The notes below the pieces were generated by a model. That model had not been told where the DNA came from and ran no database searches. It saw only the letters and a program-made list of their open reading frames with translations. From an uncultured Candidatus Saccharibacteria bacterium (GTDB lineage: Bacteria > Patescibacteriota > Minisyncoccia > Minisyncoccales > CAYPLZ01), in NCBI GenBank assembly GCA_964555095.1, contig CAZKRA010000001.1, forward strand, positions 24,964-80,203: a stretch of DNA of 55,240 nt, written 5' to 3'. Below are positions 27,770-37,099 of this stretch, piece by piece (positions within the stretch are counted from its first letter, which is position 1; each line of letters starts with the position of its first letter). A program made the translations under genes and the position numbers.

Positions 27770-28339
27770 TTATTTTGACTTCTTCTTCTTCTTCTTCTTG
27801 TCTTTCTCTACCTCTTCAAAGCTTTTAAGGAAAGAAGTCATAGCAAGAGCTAAAGCATCAGCAGCATCATTTGGAGTAGGTTTCTTGTCTAAAGATAATA
27901 ACTTTTGCATATCCTTTTGAACCTTCTTTTTCTTAGCTCTTCCATAACCAGTAACGGTCTTTTTTACTTGGAGGGGAGTATATGTTTCTAAAGGAAGATC
28001 AGCTTCTGCTATTGCTTGGAAAATAACACCTTGAGCTTGACCAACTGATATTACAGTTTTTGCATTTCTAAAAAAATAGAGGCTTTCAACACAAACTAAA
28101 TTAGGTTTTTGGTCTTTGATTACGTCTTTAACTTCATTATTTATTTTATAGAGTCTTTTCTCTTTTTTTTCTCCAGCCTTTGTTCTAATTGTTCCAAACG
28201 TAAGACAAGTAAAGGTTTTCTTCCAAATTTTCTTATCTTTATCAAAATCACAGGCTTTAAGTATTTTTTTAGGCTTTTTAATGTCAATTACGCCATATCC
28301 TGTAGTCGCTGTACCGGGATCGATACCAAGTATTCTCAT
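27770..28339 (-). CDS. ruvC: Holliday junction resolvase RuvC
   Basis: MRILGIDPGTATTGYGVI...ESLYFFRNAKT...PNDAADALALA. Poly-Lys C-terminal tail. Confidence 0.85.
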   Translation of the reverse strand: MRILGIDPGTATTGYGVIDIKKPKKILKACDFDKDKKIWKKTFTCLTFGTIRTKAGEKKEKRLYKINNEVKDVIKDQKPNLVCVESLYFFRNAKTVISVGQAQGVIFQAIAEADLPLETYTPLQVKKTVTGYGRAKKKKVQKDMQKLLSLDKKPTPNDAADALALAMTSFLKSFEEVEKDKKKKKKKSK

Positions 28340-28354
28340 AAAATTTAATAAAAT

Positions 28355-29080
28355 TTATTTAATATTTGAATAGACCTCTTGTACTGCCATATTCTCTTTA
28401 AGGGCTTCTACAAGTTCTTCATATTTTTCTTTTTCCTCTTCTTTTAATTCTATCTTATTCTGAGAAACCCAAATTAAAGAAGAGGTATCTACCTCGAAGC
28501 CTTTTTCTTCTAATCTTGTTCTTACCTCTCCTAGTTCTTTAGGAGCAGTTATTACTTTTACATCTTCTTCATCTTCCCATTCGAGATCTTCGGCTCCTGC
28601 ATCTATTATAGCAAGTTCTACTTCATCTTTCGAATTATCGTTTTCTTCTAAATCTAAAATAATTTCTCCCTTCCTTTTAAAGCTCCATTTAACAGATCCT
28701 TCTGAAGTAAGTTGTGCATCAAAATCTTTTAAAGTTTTTTTAATTTTAGTTAAAGTTCTGTTTTTATTATCTGTTTCAGTCTCTACTATTAAAAAAATAC
28801 GACTAAAACCCTCAATTTCAAGATCTACCCGTTGAATTTTTCCATCTTTTAAATTTCCTTTACCTTTTTTAATTGCTTTTTTAATATTATTTTTAGGCAT
28901 ATCTGCTTCCCTTGCTTTTTCAATAGCATTTTTTAACTTCACATTTGTTTTAGGATCATCTCCTCCTTCTCTAACAGCACGAATAATCTTCCGAGACAAT
29001 TTTGAAAATTTTTTTCCCCGTTTTTGATCTTTTGCTTCTTTTTTTCTCTTTATATTGCTGTAATGACTGTGTCCACTCAT
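28355..29080 (-). CDS. yebC: YebC/PmpR-family transcriptional regulator
   Basis: MSGHSHYSNIKRKKEAKDQKRGKKFSKLSRKI. Confidence 0.9.
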   Translation of the reverse strand: MSGHSHYSNIKRKKEAKDQKRGKKFSKLSRKIIRAVREGGDDPKTNVKLKNAIEKAREADMPKNNIKKAIKKGKGNLKDGKIQRVDLEIEGFSRIFLIVETETDNKNRTLTKIKKTLKDFDAQLTSEGSVKWSFKRKGEIILDLEENDNSKDEVELAIIDAGAEDLEWEDEEDVKVITAPKELGEVRTRLEEKGFEVDTSSLIWVSQNKIELKEEEKEKYEELVEALKENMAVQEVYSNIK

Positions 29081-29736
29081 AGTATATTTATTTTTTTATC
29101 TATTAATAAAACTATTATTGCAGAGATAAAAGCAGTGATTAAAGAAATTAGTAAAACTAAACCAAAATTTCTATATCTAATTGATTTACTACTAGCTAAA
29201 GTAAGGTCAATATACTTTTCTTTTTTCTCAGTATACCCCTCACTGTTTTCTTTTTTAGGAGTTCCTCCAATTTTACTGCTAGTTTGCCATTTGCCATTTC
29301 TTTTTTCCATAGTTCTTTTGCTTGTATTTTCTCCTTTATACCATCCTTCTCTGCAATCTATTTCATCAATAATATTTTTATTTCTGTTGATTAATGTTAA
29401 TTTTTCTCCACTGTTTTGTAAAGATCCAGAATAAATCTGATTTGCTTTAATTTCAGGAAGAGCATTATCATCTGTTCTTTCTAAAAGATAGAAAGAACCT
29501 GGTTTTAGATCCCCTCTTAAAGCAATTTCTTTATCTCCTAATTTTAAAACCCAACCATCGAGAGAAAGAGTAGTGCTAGAGTTATTATATAGTTCCAGCC
29601 ATTCATTATAAGTGCTTTCTTTTGTTCCCATCCAAGCTATTTCATTAATAAAAACCCCTGTTGAGGCTTGCATTAGAACAGGAAACAAAAGCAAGAACAG
29701 AAATAAAAAAGAGGTTAAAATTCTTGACAAAAGCAT
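29077..29736 (-). CDS. Secreted lamin-tail-domain (LTD) protein with C-terminal TM anchor
   Basis: Signal peptide, then FINEIAWMGTKESTYNEWLELYNNSSTTLSLDGWVL (LTD signature). C-terminal LVLLISLITAFISAIIVLLI. Confidence 0.7.
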   Translation of the reverse strand: MLLSRILTSFLFLFLLLFPVLMQASTGVFINEIAWMGTKESTYNEWLELYNNSSTTLSLDGWVLKLGDKEIALRGDLKPGSFYLLERTDDNALPEIKANQIYSGSLQNSGEKLTLINRNKNIIDEIDCREGWYKGENTSKRTMEKRNGKWQTSSKIGGTPKKENSEGYTEKKEKYIDLTLASSKSIRYRNFGLVLLISLITAFISAIIVLLIDKKINIL

Positions 29737-29850
29737 AGATGTATATTATAATTCAAAACAGAATGATTCCTAGTTTGAATTAATAATCATTATTTTCTTT
29801 GGAAATAATGATTTAGATCTATTTTAATTTAACTTAGAAAATTCAAAAAA

Positions 29851-29985
29851 TGGCTCTCGTACCGGGGACTTTGTGGATCTTTCCGCCTAGAAGGATAACT
29901 TGGCTTTTGCGAAGTTACCCCTCGGGAAAAGTCTACCTTTGCGTGTCAGCAATAAGGCTTAAGTCCCCGATACGGGAGCTATTTT
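29851..29985 (+). ncRNA. Structured GC-rich small RNA candidate, class unknown (strand tentative)
   Basis: About 51% GC by hand count versus about 30% around it. A 20-position closing helix pairs 29852-29871 with 29961-29980. An internal hairpin spans 29893-29920 with a UUUU loop. G-U pairs favour the plus strand. U-runs flank it on both strands. Confidence 0.5.
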
Positions 29986-29995
29986 GTTTTAAATT

Positions 29996-31315
29996 TTAAT
30001 TTTTTGTAACCCTTTCAACCTCTTCTAAGGTTGTTTTTTTATTTAATACTTTAATTATTCCATCTTGATACATTGTAAGTAATCCTCTTTCTAATGCTTT
30101 TGACCGTAAAGCTGAAATAGAAGGGTTTGTTAGTATGAAGTCTTCCATTTTATCGTCTATTGTAATAGCTTCAAAAATACCAAGTCTTCCTTTATATCCT
30201 GTAAAATTACAATGCTTACAGCCCTCACCTTCTTTTAATTTCATATCTTTTGAAACTTTAGGAATATCAATATCTTTATTAATATTTTTCCTTGCTTCTT
30301 TTAATTTTTTATATTCTTCTTCTGTAATTTTTCTTTCTTTGGCGCATTTATCACAAATAGTTCTTACTAATCTTTGAGCGATAACTAGATTAATAGCAGG
30401 AGCGATATTAGATAATTTTGCTCCTAGAGTATCTAAACGTGCTACTGTTCCGGCAGCATCATTAGTGTGAACGGTACTAAAAACTAAATGACCAGTTAAT
30501 GCTGCTTGTAACGCAATTTGAACTGTTTCTTTGTCTCTTATTTCACCAACTAATATTGTATCAGGGTCTTGTCTTACAACAGAGCGAAGTCCTTTTGCGA
30601 AAGTATAGCCCTTTTCTTTTTTAACCTGGGTTTGTACAATTCCGGGAAGATGATATTCAACAGGGTCTTCAAGTGTAATAATTTTAACTTCTGGTTCATT
30701 AATTTTTTTAAGAAAACTATATAAAGTAGTAGTTTTACCAGATCCAGTAGGCCCAGTAACAATAATCATTCCATTAGGTTGGTTAATTTGATCTAAGAAA
30801 AGTTTATAAAGATCTTTTCTTAGCCCTAAATCTTCAATGCTAATTAATTTTTCTGGGTTTAATAATCTAATAACAATAGACTCCCCATATTCGCCGGGGA
30901 GTGTAGATGCACGAGTTTCAATTTCGGTAGATTTTAATTTTATTGAAAATCTGCCATCTTGAGGCCGATCTTCAACGTTTAGCTTAAGGCCTGAAAGTAA
31001 TTTTATTCTAGAAAGTAGCCTGTTATATAGTTTTTTATTAATATATAAAACATCATGGAGAATCCCATCAATTCTAAGTCTTAATTTTACTCTTTCTTCT
31101 TCTACTTCAATATGAATATCAGAAGAATCTAAAACAATAGCACCAGCTGTAATTTCCTTAACTATTTTAGTTAATTCTTCATCTGCTTTCTCTTCTATCC
31201 TTTTTTTGAGATCAACAACTCCGTTAACTGTTTTTCTTATTTCATCTAAATCTTTTTTTGTTATTGTAATCTCTCCTTCTATCTTTTTAGATCTTCTATT
31301 TGTTTGATTGATCAT
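29996..31315 (-). CDS. GspE/PilB-family secretion/pilus assembly ATPase
   Basis: Walker A GPTGSGKTTTLYS, VGEIRDKET, LTGHLVFSTVHTN, tetra-Cys CDKC...CKHC. Confidence 0.85.
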   Translation of the reverse strand: MINQTNRRSKKIEGEITITKKDLDEIRKTVNGVVDLKKRIEEKADEELTKIVKEITAGAIVLDSSDIHIEVEEERVKLRLRIDGILHDVLYINKKLYNRLLSRIKLLSGLKLNVEDRPQDGRFSIKLKSTEIETRASTLPGEYGESIVIRLLNPEKLISIEDLGLRKDLYKLFLDQINQPNGMIIVTGPTGSGKTTTLYSFLKKINEPEVKIITLEDPVEYHLPGIVQTQVKKEKGYTFAKGLRSVVRQDPDTILVGEIRDKETVQIALQAALTGHLVFSTVHTNDAAGTVARLDTLGAKLSNIAPAINLVIAQRLVRTICDKCAKERKITEEEYKKLKEARKNINKDIDIPKVSKDMKLKEGEGCKHCNFTGYKGRLGIFEAITIDDKMEDFILTNPSISALRSKALERGLLTMYQDGIIKVLNKKTTLEEVERVTKN

Positions 31316-31398
31316 AAAAGGTTAAAATATATAAATAAATTGAGTCGTTGGTGAGATTGTTTAAACTTATCTAACTTCATTAAAAAAGTCAATAGCTA

Positions 31399-31899
31399 AT
31401 GAATCTAAAAGGATTATTTAAAGATAAAAAAATAAAATATCTTAGCAATAGTACTAAAGAAACTAAAAAACTTGCTCAGGAGCTTGCCAAAGAATTAGTT
31501 AGAAGAAAAAGTAAAGAAAAAAGAGAAGGAGCTTTGATTATTGGTCTAAAAGGAGAGTTAGGTGGAGGAAAAACCACTTTTTTACAGGGATTTGCTAATG
31601 GATTAGGAATTGAGGATAAAGTGTTGAGTCCTACTTTTGTATTAATGAAGAAATATAAAATAACAGATAAAAAGTCTATTTTTAATGCCTTTTATCATTT
31701 AGATTGTTATAGGATTAAAAACTCTTCAGAAGTAACTGTTTTAAACTTTGATGAATTAATAGAAAATCCAAAAAATATTCTAGCTATTGAATGGGCGGAA
31801 AGAGTTAAAGAGAAAATTAAGGACGAAAAAGATAGAATAGAAATTAATTTTAAGTTTATTGATAAAAAAGAAAGAGAAATTAAGATTTCACTTAAATAA
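31399..31899 (+). CDS. tsaE: tRNA t6A biosynthesis ATPase TsaE
   Basis: GLKGELGGGKTTFLQGFANGLGI...SPTFVLMKKY...HLDCYR. Confidence 0.85.
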   Translation: MNLKGLFKDKKIKYLSNSTKETKKLAQELAKELVRRKSKEKREGALIIGLKGELGGGKTTFLQGFANGLGIEDKVLSPTFVLMKKYKITDKKSIFNAFYHLDCYRIKNSSEVTVLNFDELIENPKNILAIEWAERVKEKIKDEKDRIEINFKFIDKKEREIKISLK

Positions 31900-31968
31900 T
31901 GTTATAATTTAAGATTACTTAATCAAATTAATTTTTATTTCTAATAATAATACAATTGGAAGAATAGA

Positions 31969-32889
31969 ATGGACTCAAAAGAAAAAGATAAAATTTTAAT
32001 AGTAGATGCTAATTCTCTTTTCCATAGAGCTTATCATGCTCTTCCTTCTCTTAAAACTGAAAAAGGAGAAGCAACTGGAGCAGTTTACGGATTCTTACTT
32101 GCCTTTATTAAACAAATTAATGATATAAAGCCTAAATATGTAGCTATTTGTCTTGATTTTCCTGCTCCTACTTTTAGGCACAAGGAGTTTAAAAATTATA
32201 AAGCTGGAAGACCACCTACAGATGATGAATTAAAAAATCAATTTCCAAAATTAAAAAATTCACTCAAAGCTTTTGAGGTACCTTTTTTTGAAAAAAAAGG
32301 ATATGAAGCAGATGATTTAGCTGGAACAATTTCTAAAAAAGCTTTAGAAAAAAAGAAAAATTTAGAAGCTGTTATTATTTCTGGAGACAGAGACTTATTA
32401 CAATTAGTAGATAAAAATGTAAAAGTAGGACTTTTAAAAACAGGAGTAAAGAATTTTACCTTATATGATAAACAAAAAATTAAAGATAAATTTGGAGTTT
32501 TGCCTGAAAGAATAAACGATTTAAAAGCTCTTAAAGGAGATTCTTCAGATAATATCCCTGGGGCAAAAGGAATTGGAAAGGTAACTGCTTCTAAACTATT
32601 AAATAAATTTAAAGATATAGAGGAATTATATGATAAACTAGAGAAAGAAGAAGTGAAAGAGCTAACTAAAAGGACTCAATCCTTATTAAAAAAGAATAAA
32701 GATAAAGTTTTTTTAAGTAAAAAATTAGTAACTATAAAGAAAGACATTGATTTAAATTTTAATCTTGAAGAAGCAAAGCTAGATTATAATAAAGAGAAAG
32801 TTCTAGAAATGTTTAAAAAATATAACTTTAAAAATCTTATAAAAAGATTTAACAAAAAAGAACAAAAGAAAACTTTAAAAATGTTTTAA
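31969..32889 (+). CDS. Stand-alone 5'-3' exonuclease (Pol I N-terminal/FEN-like domain)
   Basis: ILIVDANSLFHRAYHALP...GYEADDLAGT...ISGDRDLLQLV...GDSSDNIPGAKGIG. Confidence 0.85.
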   Translation: MDSKEKDKILIVDANSLFHRAYHALPSLKTEKGEATGAVYGFLLAFIKQINDIKPKYVAICLDFPAPTFRHKEFKNYKAGRPPTDDELKNQFPKLKNSLKAFEVPFFEKKGYEADDLAGTISKKALEKKKNLEAVIISGDRDLLQLVDKNVKVGLLKTGVKNFTLYDKQKIKDKFGVLPERINDLKALKGDSSDNIPGAKGIGKVTASKLLNKFKDIEELYDKLEKEEVKELTKRTQSLLKKNKDKVFLSKKLVTIKKDIDLNFNLEEAKLDYNKEKVLEMFKKYNFKNLIKRFNKKEQKKTLKMF

Positions 32890-32891
32890 AG

Positions 32892-34202
32892 ATGAAAATT
32901 TTAATAGCTTATTATTCTCGCACAGGAGTAATAAAAAAATTAAAAGAAAAGATTAAGAAAAACTTAGAAGGAGATGATCAAATTGACGTAGAAGAGATAA
33001 AAACTAAAAAAAAGCATACTTTTATAGTATGGGTATTTAAGAAAATATTTAAACAAAAGTGCAGAATAGAGGAATTAAAAATTAAGAATATTTCAGAATA
33101 TGATCTTATTTATATAGGATCCCCAAGTTGGCTTGGAGTGCCTTTACCTATTAGAAATTATATTCAAAAAATAGAAGGAATGGAGAATAAAAATATTATT
33201 CTTTTTGGAGGTAGTTATTTCCCACTTTTATTAGAAAAAATATTAGGTTTCACCTTTCTTTTAAAGCAAGGAATTGATAATCTTATTGACAATAAAGGAG
33301 GGAAGGTATTAGACAATATTATTATTTCAGGATTTTTATATAAAAACGGGTGGCTTGAAGAAAGAGTAGGAAACAAAATCGAAGGATTTTTAGGAAGAGT
33401 TAAAATAGATATCTCTTCTATTAAAGAATATTATTTTAAAAAAAGAGAAACTAAAACTGCTTATTTAGTTTTAGGTTTTATTTCTTTTTTGCTTTCCTTT
33501 TTCTTTGTTTTTCAAATAATAGCAATATTTTTAGGATGGGACTTTTTAACTTGGGAACAATTTTCTCCTATATTTATTTATTCCTTCTTCCTTTTCCTTA
33601 TAATGATAGCTACAATAAAAATAAAGGAAGCCTTGCCTTTAATTAAATATATTGCTAGTTGGACTTTAGTTTCTATGACAGCTATTATATTAATCTTTTT
33701 AGACATTAGCACCCCTAAAAGTTTTTTAATATTTCCTTTTCTTTTTATTTTATTAATTATGGCTTTCTTTAAAGCCCATGGAACAATTATCTTTACAGGA
33801 ATACTTTCTGTAGTTTTTTATTTAGCACTTGCTTTTTATTCTTATGAAATTAGTTTTATTACAAATATTATAGGAATAAGTTCTATTGCCTTAACTACTA
33901 TAATTTTAATTGCATTTATTAAAAGAGAAAACCAGAAATTTAAAAATATTATTAAAATCACAGAAGGATTAAAGCAGGAAAAAGATATCCTATCAATAAA
34001 AGTTAAAGCTAGAACAAGACAATTAAAAGAACAAGCAGAAAGACTAGAAGCAGAGAATAAAAAGAAGACGGAAAAACTTAAAGAAAAATTAGATGAGATG
34101 AAGAGATTTCAAAGATTAACTATTGGAAGAGAATTAAAAATGAAAGAACTTAAAGAAAAAATAGAAAAATTAAAGAAAAAATTAAAAGAATATGAATCTT
34201 AA
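32892..34202 (+). CDS. Flavodoxin-like N-terminal domain + about 6 TM + C-terminal coiled coil
   Basis: MKILIAYYSRTGVIKKL...YIGSPSWLG (flavodoxin-fold-like). Hydrophobic core at residues about 190-340. Coiled coil ARTRQLKEQAERLEAENKK...IGRELKMKELKEKIEKL. Confidence 0.45.
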   Translation: MKILIAYYSRTGVIKKLKEKIKKNLEGDDQIDVEEIKTKKKHTFIVWVFKKIFKQKCRIEELKIKNISEYDLIYIGSPSWLGVPLPIRNYIQKIEGMENKNIILFGGSYFPLLLEKILGFTFLLKQGIDNLIDNKGGKVLDNIIISGFLYKNGWLEERVGNKIEGFLGRVKIDISSIKEYYFKKRETKTAYLVLGFISFLLSFFFVFQIIAIFLGWDFLTWEQFSPIFIYSFFLFLIMIATIKIKEALPLIKYIASWTLVSMTAIILIFLDISTPKSFLIFPFLFILLIMAFFKAHGTIIFTGILSVVFYLALAFYSYEISFITNIIGISSIALTTIILIAFIKRENQKFKNIIKITEGLKQEKDILSIKVKARTRQLKEQAERLEAENKKKTEKLKEKLDEMKRFQRLTIGRELKMKELKEKIEKLKKKLKEYES

Positions 34203-34788
34203 AGAAGAAATTAAAAAAATAAATAAATTAGAAGGGAAAACTAAAGGAATAGAAATAAAAAATAATTTTAAGTGCATTGAAAGCTTAGAAGGGAAAAAGG
34301 CAAGAAAAAAAGTAGAAAAAAAGTTAGATGATTTAGGGGTACTTCCGGATTATAAAAATTATAAGGATTTTAATTGGTATTCAGTCAAAAAAGATGTAAT
34401 TACATTATTAGTGGCAAAAGAGGTTCTAGGATGGAAAGGAGAAGAGCTAAAAGAACACGGAAGATGTCTAGTAAAACTTTCTTTTTTACAAAAGATCTTT
34501 GTAAAATATTTTGTTTCTTTAGAAAAAATGTTAAGTGGCATAAAAAAAATATGGAAAAGATATTTTAATTTTGGAGAAATAGAGTTAAAAGAAATTAATA
34601 AAAAAGAAAAAATGGTTAGGATTCAAATTAAAGACTTTGATTTGCATCCTATCTATTGCAAGGTGGTTTTAGGTTATTTTGAAAAATCATTGGCATTTGT
34701 TTTGGATACTAAAGAAATAGAAGGAATGGAAACAAAATGTACATTTAGAGGAGATAAATTACATGAGTTTATAGTTAAATATGAATAA
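34192..34788 (+). CDS. Small soluble protein, possibly V4R/DUF2378-like ligand-binding fold
   Basis: The C-terminus CKVVLGYFEKSLAFVL...METKCTFRGDKLHEFIVKY loosely follows the V4R C-terminal pattern. It overlaps both neighbours (11 and 8 nt). Confidence 0.35.
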   Translation: MNLKEEIKKINKLEGKTKGIEIKNNFKCIESLEGKKARKKVEKKLDDLGVLPDYKNYKDFNWYSVKKDVITLLVAKEVLGWKGEELKEHGRCLVKLSFLQKIFVKYFVSLEKMLSGIKKIWKRYFNFGEIELKEINKKEKMVRIQIKDFDLHPIYCKVVLGYFEKSLAFVLDTKEIEGMETKCTFRGDKLHEFIVKYE

Positions 34789-36367
34789 AGAAAAAACTCA
34801 ACAAGAATTAAAAGAAGCAAGAAGGGATCTAGAAGATTTAAAAAATTATATTACCCAAATTACTTCTTTTCTTCCAGTTGCAATCTGTACTACTAGTGCA
34901 GCGGGGAAAATAATGGAGATTAATGATGCTTTTAAAAAATTATCAGGGTATAAAGAATTAGAAATTGTTGGAAATTCAGTTAGGGAGATATTTCAAGAAA
35001 AAGAAAAAATTAGAGGAATAATTGAAAAACAAGAAGCTAAGGAAAAAGTAGAAAACACTGAAGTTACGCTTTTAACAAAAAGAGGAGGGAAAGTCCCGAT
35101 TAAATTGTCTTATCGGACAAGAAAAGATACCAATGAGGAGACAATTGGTTATTTTCTTTCTTTAATTGATATAACTGAAAAAGTTGAAGCGGAAAAAAAG
35201 TTAAAAGAAAAAGTTGAAACTCGAACAACAGAACTAAGGCATAAGATAAATGAACTTGAAAAGACTAGAGAAGCACTAATGAATATGCTTGAGGATTTTG
35301 AGGAAGAAAGGAGAAAAGTAGAAGAAGAAAAGAAAAAAACTGAAGCTATAATTACTAATTTTGCAGATGGTGTTTTAATGGTTAATAATCAAAATAAAAT
35401 TGCTTTAATTAATCCTAAAGCAGAAGAGCTTTTAGGAGTTGAAACAAAAGAAGTTAAGAATAAAAAAATTAAAAAAGTTAACGAAGTTCCATATTTTGAA
35501 AAAATATTTGCCGAATTAGGGAAAGAGATTAAGGCAGTCTTTAGAAAAGAAATTACTATGAACGAAGATTTAATTCTTGAAGTAAGCGCAGTTCCTGTAG
35601 TTAAAGAAGAGAAACAACTAGGAATTTTAGTAACCTTACATGACATTACCAGGGAGAAGCGTATACAAAAAATGAAAACTGAATTTGTATCAGTAGCAGC
35701 TCATCAACTTAGAACCCCATTATCTGCGATAAAGTGGACCCTAGAAATGTTACTAGAGGGGGACGTAGGTAGTCTTACTGAAGAACAGAAAAAATTTGTG
35801 ATAAAAACATTTAAGAGTAACGAAAGAATGATTAGCTTAATCAATGACCTTCTTAATGTAAGTAGGATTGAAGAAGGAAGATATCTTTATGAAAGAAAGA
35901 CAATAGATGTTAAAAAAATTATTAAAAATTTAATAGAGAATCATAAAGAAGATTTAAAAAGAAAAGATATTAATCTTATTTATAAGAAACCAAAAAGAAA
36001 GACTAATATCATTGGAGACAAAGAAAAGATAAGATTAGCTATTCAAAACTTAATAGATAATGCAGTTAAATATACTTTAGAGGGGGGAGAAATAATAATA
36101 GAGCTTGAAGAAGAAGAAAAAAATATTAAATTTTCTATTCAAGATGATGGAATAGGAATTTCTGAAAAACAACATCCTAGGATATTTAGTAAATTTTTTA
36201 GAAGCAAAACAGCAGTAAGAAGAGAAACTGAAGGATCAGGATTAGGCTTATTTATTGCTAAAAATATTATTGAAGCGCATGGGGGAGAAATTTGGTTTGA
36301 CTCTAAAGAAGGAGAAGGAAGTACATTTTATTTTAAGCTTCCTTTAGGTGAAAAAGAGGATAATTAA
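34781..36367 (+). CDS. Cytoplasmic PAS-PAS sensor histidine kinase
   Basis: No TM. H-box SVAAHQLRTPLSAIKW, N-box IQNLIDNAVKYT, G-boxes DDGIGI and GSGLGLFIAKNIIEAHGGEIW. Confidence 0.85.
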   Translation: MNKEKTQQELKEARRDLEDLKNYITQITSFLPVAICTTSAAGKIMEINDAFKKLSGYKELEIVGNSVREIFQEKEKIRGIIEKQEAKEKVENTEVTLLTKRGGKVPIKLSYRTRKDTNEETIGYFLSLIDITEKVEAEKKLKEKVETRTTELRHKINELEKTREALMNMLEDFEEERRKVEEEKKKTEAIITNFADGVLMVNNQNKIALINPKAEELLGVETKEVKNKKIKKVNEVPYFEKIFAELGKEIKAVFRKEITMNEDLILEVSAVPVVKEEKQLGILVTLHDITREKRIQKMKTEFVSVAAHQLRTPLSAIKWTLEMLLEGDVGSLTEEQKKFVIKTFKSNERMISLINDLLNVSRIEEGRYLYERKTIDVKKIIKNLIENHKEDLKRKDINLIYKKPKRKTNIIGDKEKIRLAIQNLIDNAVKYTLEGGEIIIELEEEEKNIKFSIQDDGIGISEKQHPRIFSKFFRSKTAVRRETEGSGLGLFIAKNIIEAHGGEIWFDSKEGEGSTFYFKLPLGEKEDN

Positions 36368-36407
36368 ATTTGTTTAAAAAATATAGATATAGTATTATTA
36401 GAGTACT

Positions 36408-36668
36408 ATGGATATTTTACTAATATTAGTTGCCTTATTTATAGTAGTTAATATTATTCAAACGATTGTAATTCTTAATTACAGACTACTTTTAAAAGGA
36501 ATCATAATGATTGTTGGGATAGAAGCTTTAGAAATTCCTCTTATTGTTTATTTAATTGTAAATGGAGAAGTGAAAACTTTTATTACGATAGTAATGGTAG
36601 AGATTATCCAATGGCTAACAATTGCCTTTCTTTCAATTCAAGTAGGCGATTTCCAAAAAGATAAATAA
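36408..36668 (+). CDS. Small membrane protein (86 aa, about 3 TM)
   Basis: Hydrophobic throughout. Within the signalling operon. Confidence 0.45.
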   Translation: MDILLILVALFIVVNIIQTIVILNYRLLLKGIIMIVGIEALEIPLIVYLIVNGEVKTFITIVMVEIIQWLTIAFLSIQVGDFQKDK

Positions 36669-36670
36669 AG

Positions 36671-37096
36671 ATGAATTTAAAGAATAAAGAAAAACTATTA
36701 TATTTATCTGTTGTTCCAGTTAATAGTGAAAATTTAATTCTCGGAATAAAAAATTTTATGATTGATAGCTTTATGGGGCTTTCTTTGGAAGGATTAAAGT
36801 GGCCTCTATTTCTGTCTTTAATTTTTTCAATATTTTCATTTGCAATAGCTAGTTATTTTATTGTTCGTTATACTAAAGAATTTTATGCAAAAGGGACAAT
36901 TCCTTCTTCTTGGCAATTTATACTCTGGGGAATAATAGCAATGGCAATTGCAGAAATAGGAGATTTATTAATTTTTTATGAATGGCCTAGAATAGGATTT
37001 ATCGAAACTAACTTTTTATTAATAATTCCTCACACTATAGGAGGAATTTTAATAGGATACGGAACTTATCTTTTATACAAAGAAATTAAAGATTAA
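36671..37096 (+). CDS. Small membrane protein (141 aa), paralogue of 37100..37447
   Basis: RYTKEFYAKGTIPSSWQFILWGIIAMAIAEIGDLLIFYEWP versus KYLRKYYGERPIPDEWRYFWLAMLWGTLHQLIEVPIIYQWA in the next ORF. Confidence 0.5.
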   Translation: MNLKNKEKLLYLSVVPVNSENLILGIKNFMIDSFMGLSLEGLKWPLFLSLIFSIFSFAIASYFIVRYTKEFYAKGTIPSSWQFILWGIIAMAIAEIGDLLIFYEWPRIGFIETNFLLIIPHTIGGILIGYGTYLLYKEIKD

Positions 37097-37099
37097 ATT

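Noticed and set aside
27770-28339. RuvC with a ~20-aa Lys-rich insertion after the first beta-hairpin and a poly-Lys tail, considered as a novel variant
   Set aside because: Lys-rich insertions and tails occur in many proteins in this window (YidC, VirB6-like, LTD neighbour). This looks like genome-wide compositional drift, not a specific feature.
29851-29985. Assigning the structured RNA to SRP (4.5S) RNA, 6S RNA, c-di-GMP-I, guanidine-I or ZTP riboswitch classes
   Set aside because: I looked for the SRP helix-8 pattern (AGG-stem-GNRA-stem-AGCA) and found no such arrangement. The apical loop is UUUU. The ACGCAAAGG, CCGCCUAG and GGUACGAGAG fragments only superficially resemble riboswitch cores, and their order and spacing do not fit. 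The class is left unassigned.
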